Positions 36,727 to 46,179 of a DNA stretch of 64,000 bases are shown here, piece after piece (position 1 is the first letter of the stretch; every line of letters begins with the position of its first letter). Made by a program: the position numbers and the translations under genes. This stretch comes from Spirochaetia bacterium (GTDB lineage Bacteria > Spirochaetota > Spirochaetia > DSM-2461), in assembly GCA_963666985.2 (NCBI GenBank), contig CAXXIA010000002.1, positions 832,001 to 896,000 on the forward strand, written 5' to 3'. The notes beneath the pieces were generated by a model that did not search any database, was not told the DNA's origin, and saw only the letters and a program-made list of their open reading frames with translations.

Positions 36727-37570
36727 TCAGCGCCGAGCGAACAGGGAAATCACCTCTCCGGCGGCCTCTTCAAAAGACCGGACGGGGTATTCACGCCTCA
36801 GCGGTTCCGGCGCGTTCGGCACAACCCGCGGCCGGCCGGCCCACGCGAACATGGAAACATCGTTATAGTCGTTTCCCAGAGCCATAACGCGATTCGCCGG
36901 TACGTTGTGCTCGGAACACCGGAGAGCCAGCGCGCCGCCCTTATTCACACCGAAGGGAAATACCTCGAACCAAATTGAAGAAGAATCAAGAGGAGAGGCG
37001 CTTTTGAACGTCGACCAAGCCGCCAGTTCTTCCTCAAGCGCCGCCTCGGAACGTTCCGAATCCATACCGCCCGGCCGAATCACCAAAATCTGGCAGGCAT
37101 CGGCGGCCCGGCCGTCGTATTCCCTTTCCCAGTCGCTATAAAGATTCCTGCGCTCGTTAAAATCCGGATTCTCAGCGGCCGGGCGGTTTCGCTTCCAGGC
37201 AAAATAATGATTATCGGGAATGGGATTCAGAATGCAGTAATCTTCGCCGCGGCGGTCCAGAATCGCGGTAATGCGTACCACATCCTCGGCGCCGAGCCGT
37301 CCCCTCTCTTCCGGTGCGGCGTTCGGTCCGCGCAGGAGTCCCCGCACCCGAAGAAAAAAGAACCTCATCGGCCACCTCCCAAAGACCTTCAACACGTTTC
37401 AGAGACATCGGATTTCGACCGGTTATGATAAGGATGGGGATTCCCTCGGAGCGGACGCGTCTGGCCGCTTCCCGCACTTCGGGAGAAATCACCCCTTGAA
37501 AAGCCGCGGTTCCATCCAGATCAACAGCCAGCAGTCCGGGGATATCGGCCGCGGCAAGAGGATATTTCAT
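36727..37570 (-). pseudogene. Cof-type HAD hydrolase with single frameshift
   Basis: N-part 'AVDLDGT', 'ITGR', 'FSSGAG' in one frame; C-part 'VNKGGAL', 'LGNDYNDVSMF', 'NA' in another; switch at G4 run (plus-strand CCCC 37340-37343). Confidence 0.82.
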
Positions 37571-37741
37571 GAAAAGACGATACCGGAACGGACACTTTTG
37601 GAACATCCCGGCCCCGACGGCTTGGATAACGGAAGGATTCTCCCTTACTCTGTGAAAAGAAAAGGGAATCTTTTCCCGCCGAAACAAAAAATCAAAAGGC
37701 GGCGTAAGCCGAAAAATGCCGCCCTTAAGGAAACGAATCAT

Positions 37742-38227
37742 ATGACCATACGGAATAACGCCGTCGTTACCATCGATTACACCATTAAAGACGCCGAAGG
37801 GACTCTCCTGGAAGAATCCGATGACGGTCCTTTAAGCATTATTCAGGGCTTGGGAGATTTGGCGCCGGGCTTGGAGAAAGCTCTGGAAGGGAAAAAAGCG
37901 GGAGATGAAATCACCGTTACCCTTCCCCCCGAAGAAGCCTTCGGAGAGAGGGAAGAAAATTTGATGATTACCGTCTCGATGGAGGACTTTGAAGATTCTT
38001 CATCCGTCGAGGAAGGTTTCGTATTCCACGCCGAATTTAATGGAGAACCGATGTTATGCACGGTCCTATCCGTCGACGGTGACAAAGTCGTCATCGACGG
38101 GAACCATCCCTTCGCGGGGCTCGAACTGACCTTCGAAGTGAACGTGCGGGGTGTCCGGGAAGCAACGCCGGAAGAACTGGACCACGGTCATGTTCACGAT
38201 GAACACGGTCATCATCACAACCACTGA
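37742..38227 (+). CDS. slyD: FKBP-type peptidyl-prolyl isomerase SlyD
   Basis: 'VTIDYT', 'GLEKALEG', 'PEEAFG', 'DGNHPFAG', 'REATPEEL.HGHVH' His tail. Confidence 0.95.
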   Translation: MTIRNNAVVTIDYTIKDAEGTLLEESDDGPLSIIQGLGDLAPGLEKALEGKKAGDEITVTLPPEEAFGEREENLMITVSMEDFEDSSSVEEGFVFHAEFNGEPMLCTVLSVDGDKVVIDGNHPFAGLELTFEVNVRGVREATPEELDHGHVHDEHGHHHNH

Positions 38228-38347
38228 ATCCCGGCAGACTCGATTCCTCAGACCATATTACCGTTTGGCACGATAAAACTCTTTGGCGTATTTTCACATT
38301 TATAAACAAATGTGCTTTTTTATTTTTTCAGAATTCTATAATTCACA

Positions 38348-39004
38348 TTGGTGGATGCAACAAAAAAGAAGGATTATGTGAATCTTACAAATTATTCAAT
38401 ATTTTTATCGGCATCTTTTTTACTCCTCATTTTCCCTGGTCCCAACATGCTTGCCGTAATAAGCAGAGGTATTCAATTCGGCAAGAAAGCGGCTTTTCTA
38501 ACAGTCCTAGGATATGGCCTTGGCGATATGCTGCAAACATTTCTTGCCGTAGTGGGTCTTTCCGCCATTATTTCTTCATCTTTAATTGCTCTTAAGTTTC
38601 TTCAATATTCCGGATCGGCCTACCTGATATACCTTGGAGTAAGAATGATTCTTACCAAGCAGGAGAAAGCTGAAAATGAAATGCCTATTATTTCCCATAA
38701 GGGAATATTGATGCATAGTGCCGTTGCAAGCATACTGAATCCCAAAACAGTCTTGTTCTTTATAGCCTTCCTGCCGCAGTTTGTAGCACCTGAGAATGGT
38801 TTTTTGACACTTCAATTACTTATTCTTGGATTTAGTTTCACCTTGTTGGGCATCATAATGTACCTTCCCATAGCGCTGTTTTCTGTAAAAATTGGCGAAT
38901 TGTTAAAAAGCTCGGAAAGAATTGGCAAACGGGTCAATTGGATATCAGGCAGTATCTTTATCTTTTTAGGAATATTGCTCGGAACTTCAAAAATAACGGA
39001 ATAA
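38348..39004 (+). CDS. LysE/RhtB family amino-acid exporter
   Basis: 'PGPNM', 'AYLIYLG', 'LNPKTVLFFIAFLPQF'; start may be GTG 38378. Confidence 0.9.
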   Translation: MVDATKKKDYVNLTNYSIFLSASFLLLIFPGPNMLAVISRGIQFGKKAAFLTVLGYGLGDMLQTFLAVVGLSAIISSSLIALKFLQYSGSAYLIYLGVRMILTKQEKAENEMPIISHKGILMHSAVASILNPKTVLFFIAFLPQFVAPENGFLTLQLLILGFSFTLLGIIMYLPIALFSVKIGELLKSSERIGKRVNWISGSIFIFLGILLGTSKITE

Positions 39005-39081
39005 AAAAAGTAAAATAACGGAGAGAAAGAAACATCGCTTAACGGCGCGCCGTTTTCGAAAAGCAAGAACGAGGTTCTGTT

Positions 39082-39564
39082 TTGATTCCATTTTTATTTA
39101 TAGTTTCCTTTATTCTGCATAATCTCGAGGAGGCTATTTGGCTTCCTGCGTGGTCTCGTTCAACGAAACGATTTCACAAACCGGTCGAAAATCATGTGTT
39201 CTATTTTTCCGTTTCAATTGTAACCATAATCGGGCTTTCCGTCGTAATTGCATATTTACTCAATCCAAAGGAGAGTCTTCAGCTTTTGGCGTTTTGCGGC
39301 TTACTCGGAAGTATGATGTTTAATACCTTCTCTCCTCATCTCATCGCGACAATCGCTACTCGAACTTACTGTCCCGGTACGGCGACGGGATTAGCCTTCA
39401 TTTTGCCGGTTTCGATTGCAGGGATAACAAAACTGATTCGCGCAGGAGCGGTAACATTCGGACAATTTCTCTTATCAACGGCAATAGTCGGGGTTATGCT
39501 GCTCTTTTTATTACCGATTTTATTTGCATTAGGAAGGAAAATTTTCAAAGATCGGAAAACTTAA
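39082..39564 (+). CDS. HXXEE-domain membrane protein
   Basis: 'LHNLEE', second His 'PHL', 'YCPG..TG', several TMs. Confidence 0.85.
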   Translation: MIPFLFIVSFILHNLEEAIWLPAWSRSTKRFHKPVENHVFYFSVSIVTIIGLSVVIAYLLNPKESLQLLAFCGLLGSMMFNTFSPHLIATIATRTYCPGTATGLAFILPVSIAGITKLIRAGAVTFGQFLLSTAIVGVMLLFLLPILFALGRKIFKDRKT

Positions 39565-39602
39565 CAGAGCATCGGGCCGTTATGTAAAATGAGGAGATAC
39601 GG

Positions 39603-40040
39603 ATGGTTCGCGCGGCAAAAAAGGAAGATTTAAAAGATCTCTTATTCTTGTATCAACAGCTTTTTCCGGAAGAGGATTACAGGAATACACAGGCATACAT
39701 TCGAACCTGGGCTGAAATACTCAATGATAAGAAAATAAAATGCTTCATTGCCTACAAAGAATCCACGGCTGTTGCTTCCTGCCTGATAACGATCATTCCG
39801 AATCTGACACGGAATCAAAGGCCCTACGCGGTAATCGAAAATGTCGTTACAGATAAGAATTATCGAAGGCAGGGATATGGGAAATCCGTCATGGAAAAAG
39901 CTGTTGAGTATGCCGAAGCTCAAAACTGTTATAAAATCATGCTGATGAGCAGTTCGGCACGAAAAGAGTCTCATAAGTTTTATGAAAAAATCGGCTTCGA
40001 TGGAAATTCAAAAAAAGGATTTCAATTAAGGATTCTCTAA
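39603..40040 (+). CDS. GNAT N-acetyltransferase
   Basis: 'IIPNLTR', 'IENVVT..YRRQGYG', 'CYKIML', 'FYEKIGF'. Confidence 0.92.
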   Translation: MVRAAKKEDLKDLLFLYQQLFPEEDYRNTQAYIRTWAEILNDKKIKCFIAYKESTAVASCLITIIPNLTRNQRPYAVIENVVTDKNYRRQGYGKSVMEKAVEYAEAQNCYKIMLMSSSARKESHKFYEKIGFDGNSKKGFQLRIL

Positions 40041-40121
40041 TTTCCAATAACCGCTGCTGATATATTCCGGACGCTAAAAATGTTCGGAGAACTCAAGATT
40101 TTATCCTTTCTTCACAGAACA

Positions 40122-40197
40122 GAGGTGATTTCAAAAATCAGCGATTTTTGAAACGAAGTCCTTCTAAAGCGGGTTCTGAGGAATTTCGGCTGTCGGA
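40122..40197. repeat. Dispersed 76-bp palindrome-containing element, copy 1
   Basis: Contains TTTCAAAAATC-AGC-GATTTTTGAAA; 65/76 identical by hand to reverse complement of 56676-56751. Confidence 0.85.
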
Positions 40198-40208
40198 TTT
40201 ATCCAATT

Positions 40209-41321
40209 TCAAGAATGCTTGCGGTACAATCCCCGGAACTGATCGTAGCTCAACCCCAAGAGTTCCGCCGCCCTGCCCTGATGACCGTCCGCTTCGGCCA
40301 TGGCCTCCTCCAGCCACTTCTCTTCCAAATCAAAAACAGCGGCTTTTAAATCCCGCGGCCAGGACGGCCGGGCATCTCCCGCCCTACCCGCTGAAGAGCT
40401 AACGGAAACACCGCCTCCGGCAGAGATATCGGTGGGAACCTCAGTACCGGCCTCGCAGCCCATAGAGCCACGCGTATGCTCACTTCCGGCCGCCGCGAAA
40501 ACAGAGGCTTCTCCTCTTCCGCCGCTCAGCTCGGGAACAGCCGCCCAGGGATTTCGAAAAGGATCGAGAATGAGTTCCGATATAATCGAGCTTTCTTCCC
40601 GGTACACGGCCCGTTCCACCGTATTCTTCAACTCCCGGATATTGCCGGGCCACGGATAGGATAAAAGCTGCTGAACAACATCTTCGGAAAAAGAAGGGAC
40701 TCTCTCCCGGCCAAGTTCCCTGGCCATCTTAGAGGCAAAGGATTCGGCCAGAAGAAGAATATCTGTATCCCGCACCCTCAGCGGCGGCAGAAAGAGAACT
40801 TCAAAGGACAGCCGATCCAAGAGATCGCGCTTGAAGGCGCCTTTGTCGCAAAGGAAAGGAAGATCCTGATTGGTCGCCCCGATGATGCGAACGTCCACCT
40901 CAACGGTGCGGGAACTCCCCACTCGCTGAAAGGTTCCGTATTCCACGGCCCGGAGGATTTTCTCCTGCACTTCGATGGGAATCAGACCGATTTCATCCAG
41001 AAACAGCGTGCCGCCGTCGGCCTCTTCGAAACGCCCCTTCCGCCGTCCCTCGGCACCGGTAAACGAACCGCTTTCATGACCGAACAGTTCCGATTCAATC
41101 AGTCCCGGCGGAAGGGCGGCGCAGTTGAGGGCCACGAACGGAGAGTTCCACCGGGAAGAGAGGAAATGAAGGCGTTCGGCGGCCAGCTCTTTGCCCGAAC
41201 CCCTTTCTCCGATAACCAAAACCGACCTGTCCACCCTGGCGGCCTGGCCGAGCAGGCTGTTGAACTCCAGAAAGGCTTCCGATTCACCGATGGCGTCCTG
41301 CGGGCCTCTGTTCGCTTCCAT
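40209..41321 (-). CDS. pspF: sigma54 activator of psp operon (no receiver domain)
   Basis: '[21 protein letters not shown]', 'ESELFGH..GSFTGA', 'LFLDEI', 'WPGNIREL', C-terminal '[14 protein letters not shown]'; divergent from pspA. Confidence 0.93.
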   Translation of the reverse strand: MEANRGPQDAIGESEAFLEFNSLLGQAARVDRSVLVIGERGSGKELAAERLHFLSSRWNSPFVALNCAALPPGLIESELFGHESGSFTGAEGRRKGRFEEADGGTLFLDEIGLIPIEVQEKILRAVEYGTFQRVGSSRTVEVDVRIIGATNQDLPFLCDKGAFKRDLLDRLSFEVLFLPPLRVRDTDILLLAESFASKMARELGRERVPSFSEDVVQQLLSYPWPGNIRELKNTVERAVYREESSIISELILDPFRNPWAAVPELSGGRGEASVFAAAGSEHTRGSMGCEAGTEVPTDISAGGGVSVSSSAGRAGDARPSWPRDLKAAVFDLEEKWLEEAMAEADGHQGRAAELLGLSYDQFRGLYRKHS

Positions 41322-41340
41322 ACCACATTTTCCTTTCTTT

Positions 41341-41379
41341 CGGCATTTTTCGCCACCGCTTCGGTGGTCATTTTCACCA
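41341..41379. promoter_or_regulatory. Two putative PspF upstream activator sequences
   Basis: Imperfect palindromes CGGCATTTTTCGCCA and TGGTCATTTTCACCA, 50-90 bp upstream of the sigma54 promoter. Confidence 0.55.
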
Positions 41380-41429
41380 AACAACACGTAAAAATTAGAT
41401 TTAACGGTGATAGAAAGCCTCCGGAGGCT

Positions 41430-41445
41430 TGGCACGGCGCTTGCT
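41430..41445 (+). promoter_or_regulatory. sigma54 (-24/-12) promoter of pspABC
   Basis: TGGCACG-GCGC-TTGCT, consensus match. Confidence 0.9.
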
Positions 41446-41488
41446 TAAAAGGCGGTAAGGCTAACGATAATTCCAGAGGAGGAAAGAA

Positions 41489-42217
41489 ATGGGAGTATTC
41501 AGCCGATTAGGAGACATCATCAACGCCAACATCAACGCGATGCTGGACAAAGCGGAAGATCCCGAGAAGATGATCCGCTTGATGATTCAGGAAATGGAGG
41601 ACACCCTTGTGGACCTCAAATCTTCCTGCGCGGCCAAGATGGCCACCAGGGCCGAGATGGAGAGGGACAGGGACACCCTGGAAGCCAAGATAACCCGCTG
41701 GAGTGAACGCGCCGTCCTGGCGGTGGAACGCAAACGGGACGATCTGGCCAAGGAAGCGCTTCTTGAAAAAAAGCAATGCGTCACTCAGCTCGAATTCGCC
41801 GAGAAGGATTTGATTCACTATGATGAACTGATTCGCGACTGTAAGAGCAACATCGCGCAGCTTGAACAGAAGCTTGAGGAAGTCACCCTGAAGCACAAGA
41901 TGCTCGTTCAGCGCAGCATCCATGCCGCCGAAAAGAAACGCGCCCGGACGGCTATGTCCGCGGCCAGCGGCGCCCAGGCCATGATGCGGTTCGGAGAACT
42001 GGAAAACCGTATTGAACGCATGGAAGCCGATGCCGAACTTTCCGGACGCTTCGGTGATTCAGGCAGCGATTTGGAACGTGAATTCGACAAACTCGAATCC
42101 GACAATGTCATCGAGGAAGAACTCGCGGCCTTGAAGAAAAGCATGAATAAGAGTGCCGGGAAGCCAGCCGGCAAGGAGGCGGCCGCGAAGGATTCGGCCG
42201 AGAAGAGCGATGGTTAA
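41489..42217 (+). CDS. pspA: Phage shock protein A
   Basis: 'MGVFSRLGDIINANINAMLDKAEDPEKMIRLMIQEMEDTLV'; coiled coil. Confidence 0.96.
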   Translation: MGVFSRLGDIINANINAMLDKAEDPEKMIRLMIQEMEDTLVDLKSSCAAKMATRAEMERDRDTLEAKITRWSERAVLAVERKRDDLAKEALLEKKQCVTQLEFAEKDLIHYDELIRDCKSNIAQLEQKLEEVTLKHKMLVQRSIHAAEKKRARTAMSAASGAQAMMRFGELENRIERMEADAELSGRFGDSGSDLEREFDKLESDNVIEEELAALKKSMNKSAGKPAGKEAAAKDSAEKSDG

Positions 42218-42404
42218 ATTCCTGGGGATTCTGCTGATAATTCTCGCTCCTCTTCTGTTTATTGCCGTATCGATAGGTCGCAGATTGGAGACGAGTGATG
42301 TTAAGATGGAAAGAGATCGGGCCATAAGAGACGGAATGGATGCCCTGAAGCGAAGAGTGTTGAACCTGGAGAAACTCCGGGGCATGCGCAGGGAGAGGAG
42401 TTGA
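42210..42404 (+). CDS. pspB: PspB-like small membrane protein
   Basis: N-terminal TM followed by 'LKRRVLNLE'; between pspA and pspC. Confidence 0.7.
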   Translation: MVKFLGILLIILAPLLFIAVSIGRRLETSDVKMERDRAIRDGMDALKRRVLNLEKLRGMRRERS

Positions 42405-42409
42405 CAATC

Positions 42410-42760
42410 ATGGCAGGGCGATATGCCGGCGGAAAAAAACTGTACAGATCCAGAAGCGGCGTGTTTCTGGGCGTATGCAAAGGCATCGCCGAGTGGGGAG
42501 ATTTTTCGGTTGAAATGGTTCGCATCGGTTTCGTGGTGCTCTGTGTTTTCGCCGGACTTCCTCTCTGGGTGTACTTCATCCTGGCGCTGATTCTTCCCGT
42601 AGAGCCCGAAGCTTACGACGGACGCTATCATGAACGCCCCCGAAGAGATGACGACATCCACGCCGATTTCGAAGACCTGAAAGAACGGGTCCGGAAGATG
42701 GAAGACGAAGAGTTCGACAAGGAACGTGACTGGGAAGACCGATTCCGCAAAGGACGGTAG
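42410..42760 (+). CDS. pspC: PspC domain protein
   Basis: 'KLYRSR...LGVCKGIAE', TM, 'YFILALILP', C-terminal coiled coil. Confidence 0.9.
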   Translation: MAGRYAGGKKLYRSRSGVFLGVCKGIAEWGDFSVEMVRIGFVVLCVFAGLPLWVYFILALILPVEPEAYDGRYHERPRRDDDIHADFEDLKERVRKMEDEEFDKERDWEDRFRKGR

Positions 42761-42800
42761 TTTTCCATTCGGCGTTCCGATACTGAGGAAAGAAATAGGG

Positions 42801-42874
42801 GAGGCTTTTTCAAAATAGTGAATTAATTTCGTGCGGAAGGCCGCCGGAATTACGGTGCATTTTGAAAGAGCCTC
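42801..42874. repeat. 74-bp element with 16-bp terminal inverted repeats (MITE/REP-like)
   Basis: GAGGCTTTTTCAAAAT ... ATTTTGAAAGAGCCTC (15/16 match). Confidence 0.65.
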
Positions 42875-42878
42875 AAGG

Positions 42879-42908
42879 AAAAACCGGTCCGTAAGGGCCG
42901 GTTTTTTT
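42879..42908 (+). terminator. Rho-independent terminator, possibly bidirectional
   Basis: AAAAACCGGTCC-GTAA-GGGCCGGTTTTTTT. Confidence 0.8.
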
Positions 42909-43134
42909 GTGTCCACGGCTGTACAAACGGCGGTTACACCGGCGGCCTCAATCTGTTTCCTTTCGCAAATAAATCCTTATTCTGCAATTGCGAATCACAG
43001 TGTTGAAACCCTTCGCTCGCCATCGCCCAGGTTCTTTCCACATAAACATCACCTGCCCTCAGACAGGGAACAAAGAGACTTTCAGGAAAAAAGCGCGAGA
43101 TTATGGCCCCTCCGACCGATAGAATTGATACGAT

Positions 43135-43785
43135 ATGTTCCAAAGCCGCTTTTTTACAGTGTTTGTTCTCATCTCCGTATTAGCCGCTTCCGCGGGCGCC
43201 CTGCCGGTTTCTCTCGGTGAAATTGAAATCGGTCTGGAAAGCTTCGACGGCTACCAGGAAGGCATGGCCTACATTTCCACGGACGAAGAGGGAGAATCAC
43301 TGGAAATCCTGATTGGGTATAAAGGCTTCGGTCTGGACACCGTTACTTGGGTTTTCTCCGGGGAAGATTTAACCGCCATACGGGAAGCGACGGCCGGTGC
43401 GGCTTGGTGGAGATCGCGTTTGTTGGAAATGACGGTGGATCAAACGGTGGAAAAAGAAGTAACCGTAACCGCTCCGTCGGTTACCTATGCTTATCGGGCT
43501 TCAACCTATCCTTTTGATTCTACCGAACATGTTCTCCGATTCGTCAGACAGGGCCGCGATTACGCCCTTCTGCTGACCGAAGATACCCAAGGCGCCGAAA
43601 CGCGCCGTTCCGGAGACAAGACGCTGCCGGTTTTTACCATTCACTTTTCAGGACGGGAACTGCCGGATTTGAGGGACATGGTTTCCGAACCTCGGATGAC
43701 CGAAGTTCTCACCGCTTACGCCGAAAAGAAGGCCGCCATAGAAGAGATTCTGGCCGCCGGGCCGGAAACAAAAGCCGGAGGCTGA
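43135..43785 (+). CDS. Hypothetical exported protein
   Basis: Signal peptide 'MFQSRFFTVFVLISVLAASAGA'; normal composition; no family recognised. Confidence 0.75.
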   Translation: MFQSRFFTVFVLISVLAASAGALPVSLGEIEIGLESFDGYQEGMAYISTDEEGESLEILIGYKGFGLDTVTWVFSGEDLTAIREATAGAAWWRSRLLEMTVDQTVEKEVTVTAPSVTYAYRASTYPFDSTEHVLRFVRQGRDYALLLTEDTQGAETRRSGDKTLPVFTIHFSGRELPDLRDMVSEPRMTEVLTAYAEKKAAIEEILAAGPETKAGG

Positions 43786-43899
43786 GGCATCATACTCTTT
43801 TAAGCAACAGACTTTCCCTGCTTCCAGTTTTCTCTATCAGCTTTTGATAAATCCTCTTCATGTTCACTAAAAAGATTTCACATGCCCGGATCTGAGGAT

Positions 43900-44469
43900 T
43901 CAGCGTATTGCCCTTATACTCTCCAGAAATAAACCCAGAGCGAAAGCTATCAATCTTACAGTTAAAAAAATGACTACTATCTGAAGCAAAGTCATTTTTG
44001 TACATTTCTTTGCAAAGAAAGTCTCAACCAACAATCGAAGAATTAAAGAAATATATTCAGAATATGAAGGAAGCAGCCAAATCGGTATGAGAATAACACT
44101 GTATGAAATACTAATTACATGAGCTATTGCTTCATGTTCATCTCGATTAAAGAAAAGTTTGAAAAGTATATTCCTGATGCCAACTCCTATAAGCAAACTG
44201 ATTGAAGCAAAAAAATTTGCTCCTATCATTACAATACAAAAGAGAATCAAATAGATAATAATCGGATCACCTTTTGCGAGATGTACTAAAAGAGATATTG
44301 CAAAAGAAAGTCTCATTATTAAGGAAAAAACCAGAATACGGGATTCACGGAGCAGCTTCGGTGTTGAATGAAATCGAATCCTTTGGGGATTTGCTATCGA
44401 AGCAAGTATAATTTTCGCCGGGAGAATAGAGTTTCTAAAAAATATTCTATTTATCATTTCATAACACAT
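43900..44469 (-). CDS. Hypothetical AT-rich membrane protein
   Basis: Several hydrophobic segments; start uncertain. Confidence 0.55.
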   Translation of the reverse strand: MCYEMINRIFFRNSILPAKIILASIANPQRIRFHSTPKLLRESRILVFSLIMRLSFAISLLVHLAKGDPIIIYLILFCIVMIGANFFASISLLIGVGIRNILFKLFFNRDEHEAIAHVISISYSVILIPIWLLPSYSEYISLILRLLVETFFAKKCTKMTLLQIVVIFLTVRLIAFALGLFLESIRAIR

Positions 44470-44756
44470 CCTGAATTGTTGCTATATGATACATTAATTC
44501 CTCAATTATTTACGAGCAATTGGATATATATGAACGTCTTTATTGGCACGTAAGCAGCAGTACCTACGAATATAGGATTCCCCGATTGCTTTCTTGCCCT
44601 ATCACACTGCTTTTAGAAACACATCTGAAAGATGTCTGAACAAGGAAAATTTGAACAAAACCCCGAACCCTACTAAACACAGTTAGAGGCCGGGGCACAT
44701 CAATAGCTGTTAAACGAAGTATGAAATGCATATACATCTGGAAGATGTAAAGCTAA

Positions 44757-45455
44757 TCAGGTTTCTCTATAGAAGGATTTATTTTCCAATCTGGATACCT
44801 GTCTGAATATTACATACAGACCTGAAATTATGAGCATGAAATCAATTTTCGCTCCAAGCCTCATTATCCCGAAGAAACCAAAATAGAGTGTTATACATGC
44901 GGTAAATACTTCTAACATCGCAAGGCCTGGTCTCGTTGAAAAAATAAGCAACCCGCAGATTGTAATTAATGTTGGACAGTTAATAATTCCTAACGGAGAA
45001 TAAAAAAAGGCATTTATCCAAACAGGTTCCTCAATCCAGTGTAAATAGTAGAAACCTATGGCAAGTGAAAGAAATGCAATGATTTTACCCAATGCTCCAA
45101 CATTGGAAATATCAAATGACATTTCCTTCTTGATTAGAGGTACCAATGAAAGAGTGAAGATGGCTCCAAAAACAATTATGTTGGGAATAATTCGATATTT
45201 GAACGCCAAGAGCGTTGCTGAGCCGGATAAAATCAAAATCAGCAATGAAAATAAAATGTTTCTTGTTTTCTTTACGAAAAGCCCAACAACAAAGACTATC
45301 AGGAATACACAATGCATTATCAATGCAATCTGCTTTGTTTCTGATGCTACCGAACTCAAACTCACTATTAACTCTTGAGGGGTTTTAACAAATGTCAGAA
45401 AGAACACTATGAGAGAAAGAAATAGCAAAATAAGATATTTGTATTTGTTTTTCAT
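44757..45455 (-). CDS. Hypothetical polytopic membrane protein
   Basis: About 7-8 TMs, 'SPLGIINCPT'; RBS AAGGAG. Confidence 0.8.
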   Translation of the reverse strand: MKNKYKYLILLFLSLIVFFLTFVKTPQELIVSLSSVASETKQIALIMHCVFLIVFVVGLFVKKTRNILFSLLILILSGSATLLAFKYRIIPNIIVFGAIFTLSLVPLIKKEMSFDISNVGALGKIIAFLSLAIGFYYLHWIEEPVWINAFFYSPLGIINCPTLITICGLLIFSTRPGLAMLEVFTACITLYFGFFGIMRLGAKIDFMLIISGLYVIFRQVSRLENKSFYRET

Positions 45456-45592
45456 TAATAGAACTCCTTGAAATTTAATTTTGGATACTGTTTCTGTTCC
45501 TGTTTTCTACAATTACTGTTTGGGATTAAAAAAGCTGTGTCATTTAAATGTCTCCTGTCGCACCTCCTTTTATTTATCCAAATATACAAGTT

Positions 45593-45610
45593 TACAACTA
45601 GATACTTGTA
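45593..45610. promoter_or_regulatory. Putative ArsR operator, copy 2
   Basis: TACAACTAGATACTTGTA upstream of membrane-protein gene. Confidence 0.55.
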
Positions 45611-45626
45611 TAGAAAAAGAAAAAAA

Positions 45627-45962
45627 TTAACTACACTTATCGCAATCCGGGTATTTCCCGCAATCAATGCATTTTTCAAAGGCCATATCGAATAATTTAT
45701 TGAAATCGTCCTTCATCTTTCTGAAGGCCTTTAAATCAAGGTGATAGTACATATGATTACCCTGCCTTTCCGAATAGAGAAACCCTGCCATTTTCATCAG
45801 TTTCAGCTGCTGTGACGCCGCTTGCTGTGAGATTCCTACATAGTTTGCAAGATCATTGACACAGAGTGAGTCTACGGTATTCGACGCAAGCAGCTTTATG
45901 ATTTTCAATCTTGTCTCATCTCCGAGTATTTTTAGGCGTTCAACAGCTTTCCTATCCAACAT
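45627..45962 (-). CDS. ArsR/SmtB-family regulator
   Basis: 'LGDETRLKII', 'LCVNDLA', 'SQQAASQQLK', 'ERQG..MYY'; Cys-rich tail 'CIDCGKYPDCDKC'. Confidence 0.92.
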   Translation of the reverse strand: MLDRKAVERLKILGDETRLKIIKLLASNTVDSLCVNDLANYVGISQQAASQQLKLMKMAGFLYSERQGNHMYYHLDLKAFRKMKDDFNKLFDMAFEKCIDCGKYPDCDKCS

Positions 45963-45970
45963 GCACCACC

Positions 45971-45990
45971 ATACAACTATTTAATTGTAT
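45971..45990. promoter_or_regulatory. Putative ArsR operator, copy 1 (autoregulatory)
   Basis: ATACAACTATTTAATTGTAT palindrome 8 bp upstream of arsR start. Confidence 0.6.
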
Positions 45991-46179
45991 ACTTGTTACC
46001 CCAAAAATGTCCAGATAAAAACAAAGATATGCAGCCATGCAAGAGATTGAAGAATCTACGAGCATTATGGCTTTCATATATGAAATTAACCGTTTTCTGG
46101 CTTTCTCAAACCCTTTGCTAACACAGATAACACGATTCACGTTCGATTATGGTGATATCCACTGTATAAGGAGACACAT

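Noticed and set aside
37271..37741. N-terminal extension of SlyD ORF
   Set aside because: Overlaps HAD gene on the opposite strand; SlyD begins at 37742 after AAGGA
44460..44720. attC site between AT-rich genes (GTTTAAC ... GTTATGA on minus strand)
   Set aside because: About 250 bp apart, no convincing internal palindrome, no integrase in window
46080..46145. PHO box upstream of alkaline phosphatase
   Set aside because: TAACAC repeats are 9 bp apart, not the 11-bp periodicity expected
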